Shown one piece after another: positions 1 to 10,300 of a stretch of 64,000 nt of DNA. This stretch comes from Balanoglossus misakiensis. Its lineage: Eukaryota > Animalia > Hemichordata. Made by a program: the position numbers and the translations under genes. The notes under the pieces are model-generated. The model was given only the letters and a program-made list of their open reading frames with translations, had not been told where the DNA came from and did no database searches. The stretch spans positions 6,708,791 to 6,772,790 of the forward strand of contig CM082596.2 of NCBI GenBank assembly GCA_040954595.2, given 5' to 3'. How positions within the stretch are numbered: the first letter of the stretch is position 1; every line of letters begins with the position of its first letter.

Positions 1-862
1 CTCAAGAATTGGTTTCAAGACAGAATTAAACCAAACTTCTTGTCTACTTACTGCACCGAACATTGAAGTTCCAAAAATATCTACATCTTCACCCCCAACA
101 AAAGCCCAATTTTTATCTACCAAAACCACTCTTTTGCCATGGCGTACAATCTTATGATGTGAAATGTTTGGACAGGTCAAAAAAGAACCTGGTTTTTGAT
201 AGTTTGTTAAGAGGCAGGCAGTGTCAAATAAATATTAATCAACTAAAAGAGTACAACCGACTTATTTGATAGAAATGTGACGACAATGGAAAATAAAATT
301 AAAATTTGTTTACTTGTAAATACACACATAATTATCAGCATAAGTTGCGTTTGGGTTATTACTGGACAAGACCCTAAAACTATGCAGGGATCTAATTCTT
401 GTGTGCTTGCATGCCATGCAGTGCAAATATTAACTGCCCCTCACTGTCAGTGCTATTGCATACCCCTCTTTCACTTGCTAATTCCTCTGTCGTACACAAA
501 ATGTAAAGGCTAACTAAACATGTTTGGGTGGAACTATACACATGCAGGGGTGGTTGCAGTTCAGATGTGTGCAAGGACACAAAATTTATCGGTGTTAGAG
601 CTTTAATTTATAAAATAAAACAAAAATAAGACATGACTTATGGTTAGTATTTTTTTCTGGAAGGTTTAGTTATCTGATTTGGCAAAGGCTGTTGAATGGT
701 CTTGTTATAGCTGGCAGAAGGAACAGTATAAGCAGTTGTAAGTTCGGACACCGGTCAATGGGTTAGGTTGGGAAGAGGATTTTGTTTCCATGGCTGCGTA
801 TTCACTGCTCATAGTCAGTTGCTTTTGCCAGCTGTTGCCTAAATTGTATGGGTACATTTGGA

Positions 863-935
863 GTGTGTATGTGTTTGTGTTCGTGTGTTGTGTGTGTGTT
901 TGAGTGTGTGTGTGTGTATGTGTGTGCATGTGCAT
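863..935 (+). repeat. Imperfect (GT)n microsatellite
   Basis: gtgtgtatgtgtttgtgt...gtgtgtgtgtgtgt. Confidence 0.85.
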
Positions 936-1127
936 ACATGCACCTCTGTATCTGGTATCTGTCTGTGTTAAATACATGCTTGTCCATGTGTATTTGTGTA
1001 CACTGACACTTCTCTGACAAATTGTTGCTTGTTTGCTTATTTGTGTTTGGCTGCTTGACTGAGTGCAGAGCAGTTCACAGCACTGCACGGGAAACCATGA
1101 ACATTTTTTTTTAGGAGAGCAACTCAC

Positions 1128-1393
1128 GAATCGTCAGCTGCCGGCTTTCCCCCTCTCGACATCTTGGGCGACTCCTTCACCCTCCTGGGTCCCGACGACG
1201 GAGAGGCGCTGCTGGGTGCCTGGTGGGCCGTCTTGGGTGACGGCTTGGGCTGAGGGGGCTTGCTGTTGCCGGGGGGAGGGGGCGGCGCTTTGCTCTTCTT
1301 GCTGGGTTTCCGGACGGGCATGGTTTCCGTGGGCTCCACGGCCGCCTGGCTGATTGGTTCTTCCTCAACTTTGCTGATGTGGTTTGTGGTTGC
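1128..1393 (-). CDS. PPP1R9A: Core exon 13 (266 nt, phase 0/2): Pro/Lys/Ser-rich [13 protein letters not shown]...[17 protein letters not shown]...AADD
   Basis: Acceptor ttcttgacactgacag|, donor TTC|gtgagt; GC-rich; the gene continues beyond position 1. Confidence 0.87.
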
Positions 1394-4300
1394 CTGTCAG
1401 TGTCAAGAATAAAAAGATTAGAATTGTTGTTCATAAATTTTGCTGGTGGGTCAGCTCAATGTTACATCAACCCTGTTTAGCCGGGTGCCGTCAACCCTTT
1501 CGGATTGCTTAGCCCAGAGTTGCAGCAATCTTTAGGCTGTTTACATCAGTCACTATTCCACTGGAAATTTTAACTCTGTTCTGTTGCAACCTGTTGAAAT
1601 GCCCAGTGCTGGACTCTGGAGCAACAACTTGGGCTGCTCCACACTGAGTTATAAAGCAAGTTTTTTTACCACTGAACATAGCATATGATAGATAAAACAC
1701 AACATTCTTTCTGTGTGACATGTCATAAATTTTGCATCAACGATATCCACAATCAAAGTAAAAACTGCTTGTAATATTTTCACTACAAAACACCAGTACA
1801 TCACAATATGGCATTTTTCTACGATATGAAAATAAAACAGTGAGCAGGCAACAATTATGAGCCAACACAACATAGACACAAAGCTTACAAGTACACATTA
1901 AGACATCGCAAAATAAGTAGCAGGCAATGTTTTACATTTTCTATGGTATACAAACTACATGTAATGAAAAGTGCAAATTTGGTAACTTTCAAATTATCAA
2001 AAAAAATGGACAGAAAACTTTTTCTTATATTAGATTCATTAAGAATTTGAAAAAGAAAAATCAGACCATAATCTAAGATGTTTTTGGCATCAAGCAATCT
2101 TCTACATTAAGAATTTACAAAAACGTGCACAAACGATATCAAAATTAACAGAAACTGATCAAATATACTAAGCTATTAAGAAGCTTTGAACTATATGCTT
2201 GTTGGTCATGGCATCAGTGTTAAGCATGCACAGTTCGGATGAGCCAGAAATCGTGCCGAGCAACACTTATCAGTTCCGGACGTTGGCAATACGTAAATAC
2301 CACCTACATGAAAGACAGTGATTCGAATCCCCCGCGAGTTAGCTGCTGAGCTATTGGGCTTCTGATAAATGGTAGAACAGTGATGGATTGTATGTTAGTC
2401 AGGTGGTAGATTATTAAAAGTAATGTGAATCAAACTGCAATAGTTTTGCTTCAGCTCACACTACTGCAGTAACACACATAAATGGCGCCACTATGATATG
2501 GAAACAGTTGGTGCTTCTTCTGGACAGGATGAAAACACTGACACAGGTGGCACATAGAGCTAAGTTAACCAAAGCGCAACAAACAGCAGGCTACAGCGAC
2601 ATTCTACAACACTGCTTCAAGTTGTATCGGTTACATAGAGTGCCGGAGGACAACTTCCAATGTGCCATAAAGCCTGTGAACGACACTTGTAAGATGTGCC
2701 ATCTGACTCACTGTGGTGACGCAGGACTGTACAGCCCAATCAAAGTATTCTAGTGGGTGACGCTAATGTCAGTCATAATTTTTAACGACAGCAAACTACA
2801 GACAACTATCTGTGAATGATGTCCAGACTGTGCTCAACTACAGATGTGTGGAACAGATACTGTGATACAACGACAGCCACTGAAATTACAGCCAGCCGAA
2901 CAGAACATCTACTGAAATACACATCCACGACAGAGATGTCCACTACAATGACAGAACATCTACAGACAACAGAACAACAGTGAACCACAGAAAGTCTACT
3001 GTATGAAGCAAAGACAGCGATGATAATAAAATTTGACAAAAAAGTGAAAAAAAAGCCAACAACTGTAACAAAATATGTTTTTTATAGAACTAGGCTCGCT
3101 AAAACTACAAGCAATGGATAGCCACACTCAACACTGCAGACATAAACGATGACAGATGAACACACTTCAGAGCTGCATGTACATGTATCTACGTGAATAA
3201 TCTGCTCGTATGTGCACAAAGACAAGTGAAAATGGACAGGTCCTAAGTGACGGCTACATTTTGAACTATCACTACAGCAGTGATGACGAACTTGACTACA
3301 ACGACATGACACTACAGATAAGCTGGATGCTGCTAGTTGCCATGCATATTAAACGCAAAACCACCAAACAAACACTGCAACACTTCTTCTACACTCTACA
3401 AGTAGCTACCTGTGAGGGCGGGCTATCGGCCCAGATATTGTCGGTATGGGCCTCCTCCGATTTCCTTCTCGTCGGCCTACGCCTCTCGGCCAAGGCACTG
3501 GCGCTTACGAGATGCGCTTTTGATTTCTCGAGACTGACGTCCAGTCTCTGCGTTTCAGGTATCAGAGTATTGAAATCAGAATCCTGATGGAGGTAACGAT
3601 TAGAAGCCAACATTACATCATGATGGAACAAAACTTCTCTCTTTAGACAAGCAATGGAATCGTGTTCACTGCTTTCAGGTCAGAATAGAATGAAACGATA
3701 GATAAGTTGAATGTACAATTTGTCCATCATCACTGAGGTTCACACTGGTTTTTTTGCAGACAAGTGTATCCACGAGTTTGGACCTGAAGGTACAGATATC
3801 TAGATTAGAAAACAAGAGCTGGTGCTAGATTCCAGAGGACTGACAAATGACAGGACAAAATATGCCACCATACGTTGTCAACCCTTTCACCACCATGGTT
3901 TGGTCCAAACCATTGTTTTCTATGGTGAAGTTGGACTTCTAACGAGAGATATGGGGTTGGTGAAGGGGTGACGGTTGTTGGGCAAAAATATCTGCTATCT
4001 AAAGAGAGGGACAGCTTTCAAACTTACTGTACTGATTCCTTCCAGTTTGTCTTCTAAGTTCTGTTCGTGAACGTCACCTCCATCGACTCCTGCCTCCTCC
4101 TCGTCTTCTTCCACGTTCACGGAATAGAATCCCTCGCCGCCGGATGACTCGTCATCGCTGACTTCGTTTTCCTCCTCCTCGTCCTCCTCGAGTTCGCCGT
4201 TGAGTTCGAGGCTGTGGCTCTCCGTACCGACCACAGTGACGGGCACGGCTGTATAAAACATAGCAGAACATCAAAGGATGACCCAACAATCCCTACAATG

Positions 4301-7300
4301 TACACACAATGGGGGAAGTCCCTCTGTTTCATGAATGTGCAAGAACAGTCTGGGCATTCAAAACTACAGGGAGAAATCAGGCCCTTAGATATGACCAGTT
4401 TCATATATTTTTTTCTCAAAATATGGCAGAGAACTTGAATGTTTTAGACAGGACAAAAGCATTTCATGCTAATCATGTTGAGATACAGAAAAACAGCGAG
4501 TGTTCTGAATTGTCTTTAACCAATTTTTAAGACAGCTATTATTTCAGCTGATATTCATAGTTCCACATTGTTTTTCAGAAGCAAATTAGAGTTAAATATA
4601 GTATGACCTTTTAGGTTGATGATAATTTTACCACTTACAATATCTGTATGTGACACTTTTGAGTGACTGTGTTACACAAAAGAATATTCCCAATGCCCTT
4701 TTACAGACAGGCTGGGATGATATAAAGATAGTCACAGAATTAACTTCTTTTAAAACAACAGCAGAAGCTGATAGTTGCATAGAAAACAGTAGAAGTAGGA
4801 AGTGATAAATATTGCTAATGTGGGACTTGTGTTGTGCCGTGTTCGGTGAATACAAGCTTACAGTGATAAGTGTGTGCGAGAATATTTCGAAGGGGAACTC
4901 TGGGTCGACTAGGTTTGTCAGTACAGTCTTTTACACTTGGTTTTATATAATTAAACAGAGACTTAATGCTGAAGTAGCTTTAACCCTTTCACCCCCAGTT
5001 CCCTCGTTAGAGGTCCAACCTTACCATAGAAGACAACGGGTTTGGACTGAACCATGGTGGTGAAAGGGTTAAACGCTACGGTTACTGATGCAATAAGAAA
5101 ATTCTCATGATGCAAACAGTGACTTTTGTAAAATTTTCAAGAGCTCCTTAGTAAAATTATAATATTTCAAATGTCACAAATAATCTTTTCACATACACCC
5201 TACAGACGCTTCATCACAAACCAACTGTAAAAGACAATCTGACAAAAACCCAGCAATACAAGAGTTCAGATTCAGGAATAGTGAACTATACAAGAGAATT
5301 ACAGAAATACGCATACAGAAAGAATGTGATTGTGTACAGTGGAGTAAGATACAAAAGGTGATCTACAAATATCACATTCATATCACTAGGATAATTATCT
5401 GTTTCATGGCCAATAATTTCAAAAAACATGAGAACTTCTAACAATCTGATATTGTCTTCTACCCTGGGTGACTATACACATGCCATCATCAGTCTGTGGC
5501 AAAGATTTACTGCGTGTTGTCAATTGTCTTCCACTTCAGAAATCATTAACACCTTGAGCAATAAAAACTGCAATGACAAAGTCTGAGTATGATTTTCATG
5601 CTGTGCGACAGCCAGTCACTGATTTGGAAGTTTAATCGCTTTATTAAACACTCCGCAGAAATCATGAAATCACACTGCACCACAAGAAAAATGGAAACCA
5701 GTTTAGAATGCTTCGTTACTCCAAGGTTTAGTAGACACACAAACACATCAAGTAAGTTATCTGGGCGTTTCCCTGAGAGTCAACACAGTTAGGTTTTGAG
5801 CAGTGAATGTCGACAGTGGTAATTCAAATATTGGCCTGGGCCCATCACCAACATGCACCTTAGCCCACTTATGCAAAGACAACTCAACACTAAAATCAAG
5901 ACCCACCAGAACCCATTTTGATAAATCAGACAAGTCAGCTACAGCCCAGGGGAAAGACCTATCAAGAAATTCACCCATCACCTCGAGATACATATGTGGC
6001 CCTGCCACCTTAAGGAGTATTGGGGAGTACATATTGCTTACTGACGATGTAGCCGATCATAGATTTTTATTTGGAGGTCCACGTGATAAAAGCATCTGTG
6101 CATGCATCTCAAGAAAAATACTTAATATGTTTCCATTCGACCACCCCTATGTAAACTGGGGGTGACTGTTTACCTTTAATGGCAAAGTGGTGTACTTATG
6201 AAGCAGTCGTAATTTGGAAAAGCATTCACACCATTTGCAAACAATTCAATTTACCCAGTAGATGACAAATGGAACAGTAAAGAGATTTCCCTTTACATCT
6301 CTTCAATCTCTGGCCAATTGGCCCATCACCTTCAAGTTCTTTCTACAGGGACTACGCCATGTTTCCCAGAAAATTATACTGTATGCAACTACTTATTAAA
6401 TTCATCAAAGGATCCACGACAGCATCTGTCGTCTGGTACAGATCGACCCAGGGAGAGAAAGTTTACGATGTAAAAGTGTGTAAGTTCAAGAATTTTCAGA
6501 ATTAATATTTGCAGACATGGCAGCTTGGATAAAGCGAGGTGTTTACAAAGCATTTAACGCTAACAAGCCCAGCACCAATACCCCTACCACCATGCACCAA
6601 CAGAAAGTAACGCTTACAGCCCAAAGGTGACAATTAATAGCTAAGCCACAAAAATCGCAAGCTCGATAACAAAAGCGAGTCGGTGCGCTTACCATGGTAA
6701 ACCGGTTCTTCAAAGTAATCTTGTATGAGAAAACGACAGAGTGAACGAAAAACCACATGGGGAAGGATGTCAAATCAAGACAAAATAAAAAAAAACAGAC
6801 AAAACAAGTGCAATAAGTAACTCAGGTTGACACCAGGGATTAAATTTTGATCAAAACAAAAAAATGAACATGTCATTATAAAAAGCGGGTGATAAAATAA
6901 AATGGCCTTCACACCTTGATGAGGCTATAAGCAACCTGCAGATAGTGCTACATAAATTTAACAAAAATTCCTGTAATATTTCATAAGTCGGAGTGTACGC
7001 TTCCCGTGCGAAAAATTCCTGAATTTTCTTCCCCTACAGAATCTTTACAAGATCGCCCTGCAAAATGTTTTTTTTTGCAGTGTGGCCAAACTGCAGTATT
7101 GCCATTGCTGTTGTCTTGATGTCAAGTTCTCAGAATGAAGAATAAAATTGCCAAAGTGAAAAATATTACAGACAATTATTTTTGTTCAACAGGTACCTAG
7201 CTGTAATATCATATCAGTCTTCATCAAAATCCCACATACATCAGCATTATGAATACCGTCTTGTATTTGCAGTTAGCAAGTTCTGATCAATTTCTATGGT

Positions 7301-10300
7301 CACTTTGTTAATCGCTACTTTGCCTAAAATTGCAAAAACCCATTTTAAAATTAGGAAGTCTCTTCAGTACCCAGCGATGTGTAAACTGCGCCTGATTGGC
7401 TAGGAGGAATTTACTAATTTGCATGCATACGACAATACCGCAAGATCTGGTTTTATGTTAGTCACCATTTGATTGAACATTCACAAAGCAAGTAAGACAA
7501 GCTGTTCTATGATACAGAACACTGTATAACTCGATCATTTTGGTAAGAAATTCCTAGCAAACAAAAATCCCTTCATTGCTCTAAAAGGTAAACAAATTGC
7601 TTCTTCAAGAAGGTCATTTAAGTTGATAGCCAAATTGAGGTAAATTCATAATTCCCCTCGGCCCAACCCTCGTCAGCTACCACCAACATATTTTTCCTCA
7701 AAATATGACTTCAGAGAAATAATTTCTGCTTACCCAGAGCTGAATCAGTGTCCTCGTCAACTCGCGTTTCTTGCATACTTTCGGCCCCGAGAATCTCTTC
7801 CAAAGATGGCTGCCTATCGTCTTCGTCAAGCATGTCTGAGTGAAATCAAATTTCTAACATTTACTCTGTCCTGTCCATTTAGCTTTAGTAAAATAGGCAA
7901 ATGTTACATTTCAAATTATGTATAAACATGGTAATCCATGGCGATTTTAATTTCTTCTGAGAGACAAATTATTCCAACCAAAAAATTACCATACTTATAA
8001 AATGCTTCCTCTTGGTGGCAAAAATGAAATCACCCAAAACTGCTAAATTCCCACCAGTTTCCATGGTTACCTACCTGGCCTCGATTCAACATCCACAACT
8101 GTCGCTGCGACTATAACTTCATTGACCTCTTCCACTTCCTTCTCTTTTATGGCCGTCTCAACTTTCACTTCTTTCGGCGGCTCTTTCTCCTCTTCTTTCT
8201 TTATTTCTTCTTTTTTCACTTCCTCCTTCTCTTCTTTCATTTCCACTCTGATGACCTTCACTGGTTCCTCCGGCACGACGACCGACTTCTTCGTTTCCTC
8301 AATGGCTTTTTCCAGCTCTGAAATCTGAGAGTTTCCAGGGAGGGGTCACGTTTAGTAGACACAGCGTCACAAAGTAAAACATCTCCAATATGTGGTTTTC
8401 TGACGACACATTTTCTACATACACAAGATTCACAATACAGAATCAAAACATCGTCTGAAGTCATTTCTTTCTTGGCTGCCAGATTGCCAAAATAAGTTAC
8501 CTTTGCTTCAAGCGCTGCGATATGTTTCTTATTCTTCTCGTCACTCTGTGCGTGCTGTTGTATAAAATATTCTTCACGCTGGATAAATTCTTGCTCCCTT
8601 GAAGAGGAAAAAGACAGAGACGTCGTCAAAGGGACAAAGTCACTAATATTGGAGATCATTTTGGCTATTTTTGCTTCACTTGATAAGGTGTTTATGTTGT
8701 ACTGAGATGCAGTGAATCGTCAGTGATCAACTCACAGACTGTGAATGGATATACGTGTGAGTACAGGGGATAAAATGGCCGCCAGAAACAAGTGAACTAC
8801 AAGATGACATGACAGCACACAAAATTTATATCATGAAAGAAAATTTGATTTACAGTATAAAACTCCAATTATCCGAACTGACATGGGGACGTTGATTTTG
8901 TTCGGACATGCAGACAGTTCGGTTATTCGGATAACGATCGTAAACAATAGAACTGTTTGGGGGACATGACAGCAGTGCGGATAACCAAACAATTCGAATA
9001 ATTGGAGTTCAGATAATTGGAGTTTTACTGTACCTGTGTTGGAATTCTTTGATTAGCTTCTTCGCTTTGTAATACTTCTTCTCCAAGGCAATGTACTGTC
9101 CCTGGCTGTCTTCCAGTTGGTCCTTCATCAAGTCGATCTCCGCTCTGTTCTGGGCCTGCAGGGCCTCCAGCGACTCCACTTTTTTATTGCTGTCTTCAAG
9201 TTTCATCTGAAGTCGCTTTTCTTCTGACTCCCAGCCCTGCGCCTGCAGTACCTGAATGGAAGTGAACAGCAAGTGAGCGTGGACAACCTGTATCCATGTA
9301 ATCTTATCAATAGAGGGTGCTGTACAGTCCAATAAGTATTCAAATTAGCTTTCCCAATATCATCGCGCTGTATGAAAAGCGCACAGAGCTAGGGAAGGAT
9401 AACACTGTCTTGTTAAAATGGGAAAGTAACGATAGAATTCTCTCAGCTAATACAGTATAAGCTTGGAAGAACCAAAGGATGGGCTGTAGTCGTGACCAGA
9501 TTGTGTTTTAAGGCGGATTGCGAGATTGAGTTGTTATTTATGAAATGAGCAGAAGGTAACAACTGTTTTGTGATTTGTATGTGTGGATCAGTCTTTGGGT
9601 ACAAGAGACTGGTTGCTGGTATAAGTTGACAAGCTGAGTAGGGAAAGGGCAGAAAAATGAATCGATTTCCGTGAATCTCTTTCCTGGAAGACGGACAGGT
9701 GGGTGGGGGACATGCTGTGTTATCACCTGGGAGGATCTATAACCTCCATTTGGAGCTGTTAGGTTTGTGCGAATCAAACGTGGAAATGTTAGTCATGTAC
9801 TCTAGATGCGTTAGGATGAAGATGGAAACAGGGGGGTGTGTACTCACAGATTTAGAAGAGAAGAGCTCCTCCTCTCTCTGCTGTATGTGGAGAAGCTTCG
9901 AGTGGGAAGCGGTGGAGGAGAGAGTGGACAAACAAACATGTGGTTGGTGACAATGAACGGTGGTGTGTGCAGAGTCTTGCTGTTTGGGCGGTGGGTTCTT
10001 GAGTGAAGTGGGTGAGGTTAATATTCAGGTGGTGAATCCAAGGCCTTAACCGTTTGAACCCCCAGTCAATGACATCACGCAAGGGGGGTATCCCTGATTG
10101 GCATGCAGGGTTAACAGGGCAAGACACAATGCATGAAACTACCATGAGACATGCATGACTTTCAAACTTAGTTTTAGATCACGTCAGGCAAGGTTAGCAA
10201 TTTTCTGTCAGTTTTAACGATCAGAATATTCACAAAGTTACGTAAACAAAATGCGGATAGTAAACGTAAACACTGAAACCATCTTACATAAAAAGTTTGA

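Noticed and set aside
705-1127. 140-aa His/Thr-rich ORF
   Set aside because: Translation of a (GT)n microsatellite inside an intron
2712-2726. 15-nt phase-0 microexon SCVTT with ACA|gtgagt donor
   Set aside because: Acceptor lacks a pyrimidine tract; expected by chance
5757-6510. ORFs of 91-120 aa, possible nested gene or TE remnant
   Set aside because: No recognisable domain and no coherent splice chain
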